Shown here: positions 1-9,335 of the stretch, one piece after another
How the letters are laid out: every line of letters begins with the position of its first letter
How positions within the stretch are numbered: the stretch's first letter is position 1
Virus record (IMG/VR): IMGVR_UViG_3300029268_000023
Location: 1 to 52,519 of that record
Strand: one strand, 5' to 3'
Source: a virus
Taxonomy: Duplodnaviria > Caudoviricetes
DNA length: 52,519 bases
Position numbers and translations under genes: made by a program
Notes under the pieces: generated by a model
What the model was told of the DNA's origin: nothing
Database searches by the model: none
The model's input: only the letters and a program-made list of their open reading frames with translations

Positions 1-240
1 TTGATCCCAATATAAACCGAAGCTTTTTAATTTGGCTTCGGTTTCAGCTCTATAACACTCTTTTCTTCCAGTTGTGAGAATGATTTTAGTACCTTCATGT
101 TCCCACTCATCAAACTTTCCTTTAACACCAGGAAGAATATCAGCTGACTTAGTTAGGTCTAATTGAATGCTCATACCCATACCAAAGTTAGTCCATATAG
201 TACCATCTATGTCAACAAAGACAGTTTTAACTCCGTGCAT
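1..240 (-). CDS. HAD-superfamily phosphatase (runs off window edge)
   Basis: Manual translation from ATG at 240: MHGVKTVFVDIDGTIWT...IILTTGRKECYRAETEAKLKSFGLYWDQ. Has the DxDGT motif I and the TGR motif II. Not in the ORF track. Confidence 0.85.
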   Translation of the reverse strand, partial: MHGVKTVFVDIDGTIWTNFGMGMSIQLDLTKSADILPGVKGKFDEWEHEGTKIILTTGRKECYRAETEAKLKSFGLYWDQ

Positions 241-241
241 G

Positions 242-1159
242 TTAATGACTCCCTGTTGGACGAACTGGAGTAGAAAGTGAATCTCCTTTTTTCCAGGCTT
301 GAGGACCTTCAACAGTTTTCTTCTTTCCAAGCTCTTTCACAAAATCAACATATAAATCATTACCAAGTTGATCCATCTGAACAAAGAAAGCTTCTGATAA
401 ATCAAGCATGTCTTTTGTGACTATAGGAGCTGTATTAGTTGGAGTCATGTAGACATGATCGTCCCATAAAGTGTTAAAGTTCTTAGCACCTACCTCATCA
501 AATATTAAATCAAATACTTTTGTTCCAATAGTTGGAACTGTTCCATATTGACAAGCCCACTTAACACCAGCTACTGTTCTCATAGCACCAGTGATTATTT
601 CTGTCTTTGAGTCTGTGAATTGACGAATGAAATTAATTTGCTCTTTAGCGTCAATACCTTTTTCTTCCATTCTACCAATAATGACACTGATATAACGGGG
701 CTTAAATGTTGCAGCCATTGCAGCTGTTGCACAATCAGCAAGACCAGTAACATTGAAATCAATATTTTGTTTAACTGTCTTGAAAGCTTCTGTTTCAATT
801 TGATTCATTGAGGATAGAACTTTATAGTATGGAGGTAGTTTGCACGCAATCTTTGTACGACCATCACTTGCAGATTGAAACATGTTAACCCACATAGCCA
901 TCTCATGAATATTCATCTTTGAATATGGTGGCTGTACATAAACAACACCTTTACCATCATCTCTAATCTTGGTAATTAAACGACAGAGAGCACTGGTCCG
1001 ATCAAGTGCTTCTTCCATTGTCTTAATATTAACTTTGCCAAATGCTGATGGATTGGTTGTTACTCCCAATACATCCTTCTCATCAACATATCCCCAAAGC
1101 TTTCTCCAAGCGTCAGAAATATAATCTACTGAAGCGGTGTCAAAAAAGAATTGTCCCAT
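242..1159 (-). CDS. Divergent transaldolase/FSA-family class I aldolase
   Basis: FFDTA, GVTTNPS, Schiff-base K (ACKLP), NVT, YISVIIGRM and GAMR match TalC/FSA family motifs. Confidence 0.85.
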   Translation of the reverse strand: MGQFFFDTASVDYISDAWRKLWGYVDEKDVLGVTTNPSAFGKVNIKTMEEALDRTSALCRLITKIRDDGKGVVYVQPPYSKMNIHEMAMWVNMFQSASDGRTKIACKLPPYYKVLSSMNQIETEAFKTVKQNIDFNVTGLADCATAAMAATFKPRYISVIIGRMEEKGIDAKEQINFIRQFTDSKTEIITGAMRTVAGVKWACQYGTVPTIGTKVFDLIFDEVGAKNFNTLWDDHVYMTPTNTAPIVTKDMLDLSEAFFVQMDQLGNDLYVDFVKELGKKKTVEGPQAWKKGDSLSTPVRPTGSH

Positions 1160-1907
1160 TATTAACCTCTTTCATTAAAATTGTTTCAATATTTTGATCA
1201 TATTTGATTCTAATTAATTTTATATTTTTACTACAGCAAAACTCATTTTTTATGTTATCTTTGTAACAAGTATCTATATATTCATTTTCTGTTGTTATAT
1301 GTCGACCTCCTACGCCTCTACCAACACCCTCAATAAAATGCTGTATACCATCATATTCTATACAGGTGTCTTTTTCTGTTAAATAAAAGTCAAACTTTAA
1401 CATTTTGTTAGTTTTTGGATTAACACATTCTCTAAATGTTTTCTGTTTTAAGAAATTTATATTGTGTTGCTCTAACCAAACTCTTATAAACGACTCTCCG
1501 GTTGACTCACAGCACTTTGGACAACCTGTTCTGCATGAAGTGTGCATGTCAGGAGCTTGCCAAAAAGCACCATGTTTATAACAAATAATTTGAACTTTGG
1601 TGCTATTGTTTACATACAACACAGTTGAGTAATCATACTTGTTTCCGTGTGCTTGTTTAGCTTTTTTTATAAACTGCTCTAAGGTTGCTGGTTTATTCTG
1701 TGGCCGGTGTTTAACACCACACTTAGGACACCCTTGTTTTACGTTAATATGATTATTTGGTGTTTGGATAAAATCTCCATGTATTGGACATTTTATACAG
1801 ATCTTTGTCATAGCTTTTACGTATACTGTTTTAGAATAATCATATTTATCGTTATGAACAGTTTTAGCTTTTTGAATGAATTCTTCTGTAGTTAATACTT
1901 TGCGCAC
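1140..1907 (-). CDS. Putative homing endonuclease: Zn-binding 'HGDKYDYS..CPxHG..CPKC' repeats plus PD-(D/E)XK (Vsr/DUF559-like) nuclease
   Basis: Two repeats, then S-x-GE...FDFYL...IEYDGIQHF...KNEFC...LIRI. Likely start is GTG at 1907, behind GGAGG (ORF track starts at 1922). Confidence 0.8.
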   Translation of the reverse strand: MRKVLTTEEFIQKAKTVHNDKYDYSKTVYVKAMTKICIKCPIHGDFIQTPNNHINVKQGCPKCGVKHRPQNKPATLEQFIKKAKQAHGNKYDYSTVLYVNNSTKVQIICYKHGAFWQAPDMHTSCRTGCPKCCESTGESFIRVWLEQHNINFLKQKTFRECVNPKTNKMLKFDFYLTEKDTCIEYDGIQHFIEGVGRGVGGRHITTENEYIDTCYKDNIKNEFCCSKNIKLIRIKYDQNIETILMKEVNNGTILF

Positions 1908-1913
1908 AAGATG

Positions 1914-2000
1914 CCTCCACATAGGATAAAAGTGAGAAATAGAAGTAATCTTTGATGTGGCAAAGAAACAGTTGCAACTGCTGTCCTTCTTATTTCTTCT
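1914..2000 (-). ncRNA. Structured cis-RNA motif, copy A (three-way junction; CCACA loop pairs with UGUGG at the SD)
   Basis: AGAAAUAAGAAG-GACAG-CAGUUGCAACUG-UU-UCUUUG-CCACAU-CAAAGA-UUA-CUUCUAUUUCU...UGUGGAGG. A covarying second copy lies at 40226-40312. Confidence 0.7.
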
Positions 2001-2002
2001 AT

Positions 2003-2767
2003 TTATGTTTTAGCAAAGATCGAAACATCCTCTGGAGTACCAAGTGGTATCATTGTCTCTGCTTTATAAGCAAACACTGGAATCTCATTATCTAAATATT
2101 CTTGAAAAACTTGTGACATATAAAACTCACCATTTACAGGATCTTTTGTATTTAGAATTTTTTTAGCTAATTTACGAAACATATTAACTGAGCTAAAATA
2201 GAATACACCAATAATAGGTTTATAACCTTTTGCAAGTGCTGTTGGATCTTTCTCTTTAATATCTTTTACTCTGCCAGTAGCTTCATCTATTTGAGCAAAA
2301 CACCATTTGGAACTATCATCAATTGGTTCAAAATAACATGTTGCAGCAAAAAATTCATGTTTAATTTTTTTGATAAACTCAAAAAAATGCTGTGAAGAGT
2401 GTAAATTATCAGAGTCTAAAAAGAGAATAGGTTTTTCACCAATATATGCTTGAGATGATATTGTTGAATGAGCTGTATCTAAATTGCCTCTTGTAAGATG
2501 GCTGAACATTTTATAATCTGTGAACGGATACAAACTTGACACAAAATTAACAAGGTTATATTGATTATCATGTTCTGTGCGGATAGCGAATGTTATAAAC
2601 TGTTTTTCAAGTTCTTCTCTTGGTAGTGAACTTAATGTCCATTCAAGAATTGTTTTACCTTTTATATTAATTAAAGGCTTTAGAGTTTTATACTCACTAT
2701 TTTCAAATCGAGATCCATTTCCAGCCATCAACACAACAATATCAATATTGTTTTCGAATGGAGTCAT
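2003..2767 (-). CDS. Sugar-phosphate nucleotidyltransferase (NTP_transferase fold)
   Basis: VVLMAGNGSRF...KPLI, LDSD, IKEK, GEFYMS, LGTPED. Confidence 0.9.
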   Translation of the reverse strand: MTPFENNIDIVVLMAGNGSRFENSEYKTLKPLINIKGKTILEWTLSSLPREELEKQFITFAIRTEHDNQYNLVNFVSSLYPFTDYKMFSHLTRGNLDTAHSTISSQAYIGEKPILFLDSDNLHSSQHFFEFIKKIKHEFFAATCYFEPIDDSSKWCFAQIDEATGRVKDIKEKDPTALAKGYKPIIGVFYFSSVNMFRKLAKKILNTKDPVNGEFYMSQVFQEYLDNEIPVFAYKAETMIPLGTPEDVSIFAKT

Positions 2768-3777
2768 TTTATCTCCTTGTAAATGTCGTTAAGAATAGAC
2801 AAACCAGTCATATACATCACTTTTTGACGGTCTAAACTATCATAGTGTCTTGCACACATTCCAACAAAAATAAGACCTTCAATTAACCGAACTCGAGTGA
2901 GATCAAAATCATTAAACTGTTTCTCAAATATTCCTTGAAGAAAATGTTTAGCTAACAAATCACAATCAAATGAGTATAAATATTCTTTTAGTGGAGTTAT
3001 TTCAGTTAATGAAAATTTGTCGTTTATGATAAACTCGTACATGCCTTCAAATGAGTGAAACAGTTTAGCAACGTCATACAAAGGATCTCCGTATACTCCA
3101 CCTAATGAACCAAAACTACCACGAGGATCGATGAACTTAAAGATTGGTTCATTATTATAAGACATTCCACAAAGAATATTTGAGAAGCACATGTCACCAT
3201 GAATAACGTAAAATGGAATATCTCTACAAAGACTTTTTTCAATGTATTCTTTAATATCATTCCAAATAACTTCAAAGTTCAAGCATTTTTTTCCATTTAT
3301 TATTAATTCTTTCTCACTACACAAATTGGAGAAAAATTCAAAATTAGTTTTAAGAGCGTTATACTCTCGTTCTGTTTTATTAACATACATATCTCGAGAA
3401 TATCGGTTAGTGTACGGAGTTTTGCCTTCTTCACAACCATTAAAATCTTCCGTTATCAATTTATAAAGCTTGTGAGCAACACTTTTCCAGAAATCAAGTG
3501 ATATGAAAGACGATTGTGTGTCGTCTATCATAGCCATTCCTAAATTAGGATAAGCATAATATTCCATCATTAGATGATAAGTCTTGCAACCATCTTCTGT
3601 CCAATAATCTATAACTTTTGGAAATAGTGCACTAAGATGACCACAATCTTTTTCTATTTGCTGAAAGTATTCATATTCAAGTTGTAATTTAGAATTAGAA
3701 CTCTTCTTTGTAATTCGATTTGTGTGAAGATCGAACTCAAATGAATTATACGCTCTTGTCACAAGCTTTTGATCCAT
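2764..3777 (-). CDS. APH/choline-kinase-like phosphotransferase (capsule-biosynthesis type sugar kinase)
   Basis: RAYNSF, HGDMCFSNIL, FIDPRGSFG, GDPLYDVAKL. Confidence 0.85.
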   Translation of the reverse strand: MDQKLVTRAYNSFEFDLHTNRITKKSSNSKLQLEYEYFQQIEKDCGHLSALFPKVIDYWTEDGCKTYHLMMEYYAYPNLGMAMIDDTQSSFISLDFWKSVAHKLYKLITEDFNGCEEGKTPYTNRYSRDMYVNKTEREYNALKTNFEFFSNLCSEKELIINGKKCLNFEVIWNDIKEYIEKSLCRDIPFYVIHGDMCFSNILCGMSYNNEPIFKFIDPRGSFGSLGGVYGDPLYDVAKLFHSFEGMYEFIINDKFSLTEITPLKEYLYSFDCDLLAKHFLQGIFEKQFNDFDLTRVRLIEGLIFVGMCARHYDSLDRQKVMYMTGLSILNDIYKEIK

Positions 3778-4391
3778 TAGTTATATACCTCATTATAAAT
3801 TTCTTCAACTGAAATTATATTAAGATTGAACTTTGCAGCGAGAACTTCAAGATCAGGCATGCGAGACATAGAACCATCTTTATTCATGATTTCAATAATA
3901 ATAGAAATTGGTTGTAAGTCAGCAAGTTTACACACTTCGATTGAAGATTCTGTATGGCCACGTCTTTCAGTAAGAAGTCCTTTTTTTGGTCTTAATCCGA
4001 ACATATGTCCAGGTCTACATAGCTGTTCTGGTTTAGTGTTTTTGTTAAGCAAAAGCTTAACAACTTCAAGACGATCACTGATACTCATACCCGTTGTTGC
4101 ATTATCTCTTGCATCAAAAGAAAGTGTAAATGGTGTTCCAAATGGATCAGTTGGCTTATCAGTCATCATAGGAATCTGTAAGCGATCAAAAATCTCACCA
4201 ACTGCAGGAATACACATCAATCCACCAGCTTCTCTTTTAATAAAAGCAAGATTATCAATTGTAGCCTTTTCTGCAGCTAAAACAAGGTCACCCTCATTCT
4301 CACGATTATAGTCATCAACAATGATAATTGGCTTTCCATTCAATACATCTTCAATAATTCTTGCGACATGAGCGTTCTTAAACTGTTTCAT
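3777..4391 (-). CDS. ribB: 3,4-dihydroxy-2-butanone 4-phosphate synthase
   Basis: VDDYNRENEGD, GLMC, GTPFT, TTGMS.SDR, RPGHMF, RRGHTE and E..N.DG.M.R: full RibB motif set. Confidence 0.92.
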   Translation of the reverse strand: MKQFKNAHVARIIEDVLNGKPIIIVDDYNRENEGDLVLAAEKATIDNLAFIKREAGGLMCIPAVGEIFDRLQIPMMTDKPTDPFGTPFTLSFDARDNATTGMSISDRLEVVKLLLNKNTKPEQLCRPGHMFGLRPKKGLLTERRGHTESSIEVCKLADLQPISIIIEIMNKDGSMSRMPDLEVLAAKFNLNIISVEEIYNEVYN

Positions 4392-4405
4392 TTAAACTCC
4401 TTTGA

Positions 4406-4714
4406 TTAATTATCATTTGTATCTATTATAGCGTGAATTGCATTTATCATACACATACCATCTTTTTGAGGAACAGCACATAAGGCTATATGTGTACGTG
4501 TAAAGTATTCCATATCTTCTAATTCTTTTACATCACTTGAACCAACGAGTCCAATGAGAGCTGATCGAAGTAACTTGATTTTATCTTCTGCTGCACGAAG
4601 CGGATGTTTTTCGCAAACTTTTATGTGATCAGTTAAAACTTGATCTCCAGATGCTGGAGTGTCTTGTGGATATTCATGTCCACAATAAATGCAGGTTAGA
4701 ACTCTTTTTTCCAT
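4406..4714 (-). CDS. Hypothetical protein with CxxC/H/C Zn-binding motif
   Basis: TCIYCG...HIKVCEKHP; AGGAG SD. Confidence 0.7.
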   Translation of the reverse strand: MEKRVLTCIYCGHEYPQDTPASGDQVLTDHIKVCEKHPLRAAEDKIKLLRSALIGLVGSSDVKELEDMEYFTRTHIALCAVPQKDGMCMINAIHAIIDTNDN

Positions 4715-4724
4715 TATACACTCC

Positions 4725-5681
4725 TTAATCTATAAACACCTTTTTAAATTGTTCCATGACAGTTTTGGGATTAAACCGTTCACTATACTTATCGTAGTTT
4801 CGTTGTTTGTTATAGCTATTTAGTAATAGATCAACAAGCTGATTTTCATTGTTGTAGTAGAAACCATCATTAGCTAAAATCCAAATATGAGATCGTTGTT
4901 CAGATCCGTAGTAAGTTATAACTGGTTTATTACAAATGGAGAACTCTGCAACTGCAAGTCCAAAGCTTTCTCCTAACGCTCTTCCATGTAAACAAACATC
5001 ACATGTGTTTATGAACATCCTTTTCTTCAACATGTCAGCTGTACCTCTTAGATATATAATTCGTTCATGTTGAAATGGAAGAGGTCTTGTGTTCAGTAGT
5101 AAGAAGTAGAGGTCCGATCTTTTATCGAGAGCACGCTTAATAGCATTATATACAAATGGAATATCTAACTGATCATATCCACCATGTCGCCCTACAACGA
5201 AAGCGCCTTTAGGAATGTTCAATCTTTCTCTTAAATTCTGATTTGTTTCAGGAAGTTGAACAATATGAGGCACAATCGGTACATTTATTTGTCTTCTTTT
5301 CTGTACGTCCTGAGATAGCCATTCAGATATAACAGCCCATTTATCTCCATGAGGATCTAAATCAAATACACCATGAATTGCTGACTTGGTTGAAAAACTT
5401 ATGTTTGCATCAAATCCACCACTCTTTAGTGAGTAAAACAAATCAGCTGATTGCTGAAAAACAATTTTCTCTATTATTTGATCTTCATTATGGTCATACC
5501 AAATAACTTTAAATCTGTTCTCAAACTTTTCAACAACCAAAGGATCTGTAAAAGAACTATTCTTTCGACACATTATAATAGAATTATGTCCCAATAGTTC
5601 TTCACAATAGTGAGCATAATCGTATATAGCTACTTCTGTGCCTCTATTGCTAAGTTGATTACATTGGAAGAGAATATTCAT
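4725..5681 (-). CDS. GT-B (GT4-like) glycosyltransferase
   Basis: RGTEVAIYDYA, VGRHGG, GESFGLAVAEF (ExxGxxxxE), KPVIT. Confidence 0.85.
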   Translation of the reverse strand: MNILFQCNQLSNRGTEVAIYDYAHYCEELLGHNSIIMCRKNSSFTDPLVVEKFENRFKVIWYDHNEDQIIEKIVFQQSADLFYSLKSGGFDANISFSTKSAIHGVFDLDPHGDKWAVISEWLSQDVQKRRQINVPIVPHIVQLPETNQNLRERLNIPKGAFVVGRHGGYDQLDIPFVYNAIKRALDKRSDLYFLLLNTRPLPFQHERIIYLRGTADMLKKRMFINTCDVCLHGRALGESFGLAVAEFSICNKPVITYYGSEQRSHIWILANDGFYYNNENQLVDLLLNSYNKQRNYDKYSERFNPKTVMEQFKKVFID

Positions 5682-5905
5682 TAATATAACTCTTCTTTGA
5701 CATACTTAATAGTCTGTTTAATAGATTTATATATCATAATTAATGCTGGTATGGGTAGAGGTATTAACCAAAATAAAACTTGTTTTCTATTTTCGAAATA
5801 AGTGACAAATAATGCTTCTGAATCTGTTTTAAGAAGAATTGCCACTGTAATAATTTGACACAAATAAATCACACCAACTGTTATTAGTAGAGCCATTATA
5901 ATCAT
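5681..5905 (-). CDS. Small membrane protein
   Basis: Two hydrophobic stretches; coupled to neighbours. Confidence 0.65.
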   Translation of the reverse strand: MIIMALLITVGVIYLCQIITVAILLKTDSEALFVTYFENRKQVLFWLIPLPIPALIMIYKSIKQTIKYVKEELY

Positions 5906-6096
5906 TATAAATCCTTAAAGTTTTCAATCATTTCAGGTATCATTTCAAAAAGTAGCACATATATACAATAGAAAGGAATCATATTTAATAAAAAGTGTTT
6001 CTTACTATTGAATTCGCTTGAATGTAGTCGAGCAAATGTTATTAAATATTGTATAGCTAATAAATGTAACCCTATTATGATGAGAAATACAATCAT
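5905..6096 (-). CDS. Small membrane protein, similar layout to 5681-5905
   Basis: Hydrophobic; F.(S/N)(K/R)K..L...IP motif shared with neighbour. Confidence 0.6.
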   Translation of the reverse strand: MIVFLIIIGLHLLAIQYLITFARLHSSEFNSKKHFLLNMIPFYCIYVLLFEMIPEMIENFKDL

Positions 6097-6722
6097 ATCA
6101 CTTCCTCCTTAACGAATATATCATCAAATTCCAATTTAGTGCAGGAATATCCTTTAGTTTTCATGAAGTTTCTAACTTCATCTGTACCATTGTTATTTTC
6201 AACAGAAAAACAATGGATATATGTGTTATCAAAATCAATTGATTGTAATACACTCATTTCCGCGCCCTCAACATCGATTGAACAATAGTCAACATGATGT
6301 ATGTTTAATTTGTCAGTTAGTTTAGACAGTCTGCAACATTTAACTTCAATAATATTAGATGTTCCACCATACATCTTTAACTCTCTTTCAATTCTATCCT
6401 TATGTGTCTGATCAAAACATTCTACAATTCCACTTAGCATTTCTGTGTAGCCAGATAAACATTGAAAATTAACACTTTGTCGATCATCGTTAAAGATTGC
6501 AGCATTAAGAACTATTTTTCTACCATTTTGCTTTAACTTTTCAAATACATCTGGATTTGGTTCAATGCAAACACCTGTCCAGTTTCTATATTTTTCAAAG
6601 AAGTAAGTATTGTTTCCTGTAATTCCATCGTTACTTCCTATATCTAAAAAGTATCCTCTATATTTACCTTTAAATAAATCATCTATAAATTTATCTTGCC
6701 CTATCTGTGAATAGTATTTCAT
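6093..6722 (-). CDS. FkbM-family SAM methyltransferase
   Basis: YSQIGQD, FLDIGSNDG, WTGVCIEPN, SIDVEGAE, VENN. Confidence 0.9.
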   Translation of the reverse strand: MKYYSQIGQDKFIDDLFKGKYRGYFLDIGSNDGITGNNTYFFEKYRNWTGVCIEPNPDVFEKLKQNGRKIVLNAAIFNDDRQSVNFQCLSGYTEMLSGIVECFDQTHKDRIERELKMYGGTSNIIEVKCCRLSKLTDKLNIHHVDYCSIDVEGAEMSVLQSIDFDNTYIHCFSVENNNGTDEVRNFMKTKGYSCTKLEFDDIFVKEEVI

Positions 6723-7615
6723 TAGTTGAAAATCTCCTGAATTTTAGTATAAATATTGTAATTCTTATAATAAGATAACTTCATTTTTGTTAAAATGTCA
6801 ACTCGTTTTTTATAGTTATCTTTTTCTATAATATTTTGAAGCTGTAATAGGATAGTATCTGAATTAAGGCACAAATCAATATAACAACTATCATCATAAA
6901 TTTTATGAGCATTTGGTGCGCCATAATACACTGGAACGGTGTCGCACAGCAAACAATCAATAAACTTTTCAGTTAAATAGTTGTTCTCAGCTGTATTCTC
7001 GACAGCTATTGAATACTCATAATCGATTAGCCCATCACTTTTGTTATCAAGAGGTCCTTTTATACGCTGGTCGTGTTTATCAGTCCATCCTCTACCGTAT
7101 ATATCAATTGGTAAATCAGACTCTAAAATCTGTTTGGCTAAACGAGCACGAGCTCCATATAAAATGACATTATCGTCTGTTACTTGTCCATTACTAACAA
7201 TAAAACTCATTTTCTTTGTTTTATTAAAAGTATTATTCAGATACTTGTTAATAGGATCTTTGTCCATATGATACAACATCATAGCTGGATGACTCTCAAA
7301 GTTTTCAATAAATGGTGTGTTTCTGTCAAGAAGCCATACATCATGAAAATATACTTTGCTGCAATAAGATCCAATAGTTATATCCCAAGAATTAGACCAA
7401 CTTGGTTCCATTATAAAACCAATCACATTTTCTTTAGCACACTTAATTTGAGCAGGATTGAAACATCTATTGAAAACAATTAAGTAGTCATAGTCATCAT
7501 TATACGTAATGATAAAGTTGGGATTGAAGTTCCCCTCAGTAATATAGTTTCTTATAAAGCGATTGTATATTTCGAAATCAGATGTCCACTGACACACAAC
7601 TTTGAACTTTTTCAC
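6722..7615 (-). CDS. GT10 (fucosyltransferase-like) glycosyltransferase
   Basis: MEPSW, SFIVSN, IDIYGRG, YEYSIAVEN...YLTEKFIDC...VPVYYG. Likely start is GTG at 7615, not 7771. Confidence 0.8.
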   Translation of the reverse strand: MKKFKVVCQWTSDFEIYNRFIRNYITEGNFNPNFIITYNDDYDYLIVFNRCFNPAQIKCAKENVIGFIMEPSWSNSWDITIGSYCSKVYFHDVWLLDRNTPFIENFESHPAMMLYHMDKDPINKYLNNTFNKTKKMSFIVSNGQVTDDNVILYGARARLAKQILESDLPIDIYGRGWTDKHDQRIKGPLDNKSDGLIDYEYSIAVENTAENNYLTEKFIDCLLCDTVPVYYGAPNAHKIYDDSCYIDLCLNSDTILLQLQNIIEKDNYKKRVDILTKMKLSYYKNYNIYTKIQEIFN

Positions 7616-7749
7616 CAATTCAATCCTCTTCCCCAACACGATGCAAACATAAAGCCAACAACAGCAAAAAATAATATTGCAAGTGCTGCAGGAATTCCAA
7701 TCACTAATCCAACTGTCCACATCAGCCAAACAGGAATAATTATAGTCAT
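7612..7749 (-). CDS. 45-aa membrane peptide (not in ORF track)
   Basis: MTIIIPVWLMWTVGLVIGIPAALAILFFAVVGFMFASCWGRGLNW*. ATGA overlap with the upstream stop and GTGA overlap with the downstream start. Confidence 0.7.
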   Translation of the reverse strand: MTIIIPVWLMWTVGLVIGIPAALAILFFAVVGFMFASCWGRGLNW

Positions 7750-9335
7750 TTGTACTTATCCTCTCTACCAATTACGTTAACTTGTTCTAATATATACTCA
7801 TCTAACTGTTTACTATTCATAGATGCTATTCTTCCAAGCAATTCACAATTGTTTTTATAGTTTGGGTTATCATGAGGTCCATGTCTTGGATGAGGTAAAT
7901 GCAAACAATTATAAGTGAGCTCAATAATTGAAACACCAGTTTGCTTTACCTTAAAAGATAACGCATCATCTTCTGCTCCCCATCCCTCAAACCCCTCATC
8001 CCACCCACCAATAGCAAGAAAAGTTTCTCTATTGAATAGCACTAAACCAGCTGTTGGACCAACTCCTCTTGCATTTACTCCAACCATATCATCTGTAACA
8101 GCTTTATTCTGTCTAAATCTATTTACGATACTCATATCAACAATATCATGCATACCATTTTTAAATGGATTTACAACACTATAGTTCTGAGCCTCTGCAA
8201 AAGCGTGAACAAATTCTTTCTTTTTCATTATAATATCAGTGTCAGCGAAAGCAAGAATAGGTTTATTTGTTTTTAATGCTGCTACATTAAACGCCCAACT
8301 TCTATTGAATGGCTTTTCATTGAATAAAAATGTTTGTTTGATATTAGGTCTATTAAACGGTAGTTGTAGTCTACTTTGAGTGTCCTGTTCAATTATTTGA
8401 ATCTCAAGATCGCTACCAAAATAATTTTCCAACATTTCAAGTAACATAATCAAATTATCTTTACGCTCTTTAAATTCCTCTTTATAAAGAATAATGTACG
8501 ATACTGTTTGTGCATACTCTTTTACTTCTCTTTCACGTCTTGCTTTCCAAAATTCATTGTTGTATTTAATAGCATTTTCATATGTCATTCTGATCTGAGA
8601 CGTCTTAACTTTCCAACTTTGATACTCTTTATCATCTTGAGTACCAGGATGATTTATAAATGTTGTCTCAACAACTGAAATACTATGTCCTGCATTAACA
8701 GTGTCTCTCATGAGAATAGCATCATCTGGTGCATATACTCCTACAACTTGATAACCATGTATCTTTTTCCATAAATCAACACTAATGAAAAGAGCTCCAC
8801 CAGCTATACCTACTCCATTAGACGGCCATGAAACAACTTCATCGCCAATTGTATGACGTCTATCGAACTTATGAAGCCAATGTGCATTATCACCATGCAT
8901 ATTAATGCCAAACAAACCAAATGGTCTTTTATGTAATGTTTCAACATATGGCACAAGATTGGTGAGTCTATCAATCAAATGAGCGTTTTCTGGATATGTT
9001 TCAAAAACAATGTCTGAATCAAATGTTAAAATATACTTCGTTTCAGGATGAGCTGTTAAATATTGGTTAACTAAATGGTTTACAACATAAGCTTTCCCAA
9101 AATTGTCTTCAAATTTAAAGAATTTACATCTACCTGAGAAATATTTTTTATATAAAGTTAAAATTCTTTGAAGATATTCTGGCTCAGCATATCCACCAAA
9201 CACAAAATCAATATCTTTATAATTATTTGCCTCAAAATATTTAGCAAGAGATGTGATTGAATTAACATTGAAGTCAAACATATCTTTAGTTGGACAAAAT
9301 ATTTGCTGAACAACTACAACTTCACTCATAATCAA
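7746..9335 (-). CDS. Two-domain GT-A glycosyltransferase (GT2-like plus GT7/galactosyltransferase-like)
   Basis: N-terminal NFGKAYVVN, FDSD, IAGGALFI. C-terminal PFNRSWAFN, ADTD, GGWDEGFEGWGAEDD. Confidence 0.85.
   Translation of the reverse strand: MIMSEVVVVQQIFCPTKDMFDFNVNSITSLAKYFEANNYKDIDFVFGGYAEPEYLQRILTLYKKYFSGRCKFFKFEDNFGKAYVVNHLVNQYLTAHPETKYILTFDSDIVFETYPENAHLIDRLTNLVPYVETLHKRPFGLFGINMHGDNAHWLHKFDRRHTIGDEVVSWPSNGVGIAGGALFISVDLWKKIHGYQVVGVYAPDDAILMRDTVNAGHSISVVETTFINHPGTQDDKEYQSWKVKTSQIRMTYENAIKYNNEFWKARREREVKEYAQTVSYIILYKEEFKERKDNLIMLLEMLENYFGSDLEIQIIEQDTQSRLQLPFNRPNIKQTFLFNEKPFNRSWAFNVAALKTNKPILAFADTDIIMKKKEFVHAFAEAQNYSVVNPFKNGMHDIVDMSIVNRFRQNKAVTDDMVGVNARGVGPTAGLVLFNRETFLAIGGWDEGFEGWGAEDDALSFKVKQTGVSIIELTYNCLHLPHPRHGPHDNPNYKNNCELLGRIASMNSKQLDEYILEQVNVIGREDKYK

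Noticed and set aside
1935-1997. Hammerhead ribozyme reading of the RNA motif on the plus strand (GAAAC...GUC)
   Set aside because: No CUGANGA core, and copy B does not keep the arrangement.
3777-4391. ribB as evidence of a bacterial chromosome or riboflavin operon
   Set aside because: Embedded in a continuous phage-style operon with HEGs; no ribA/D/E/H in the window.
7616-7771. Cys-rich N-terminal extension of the GT10 ORF
   Set aside because: Explained by an overlapping 45-aa membrane ORF in another frame with clean start/stop overlaps.
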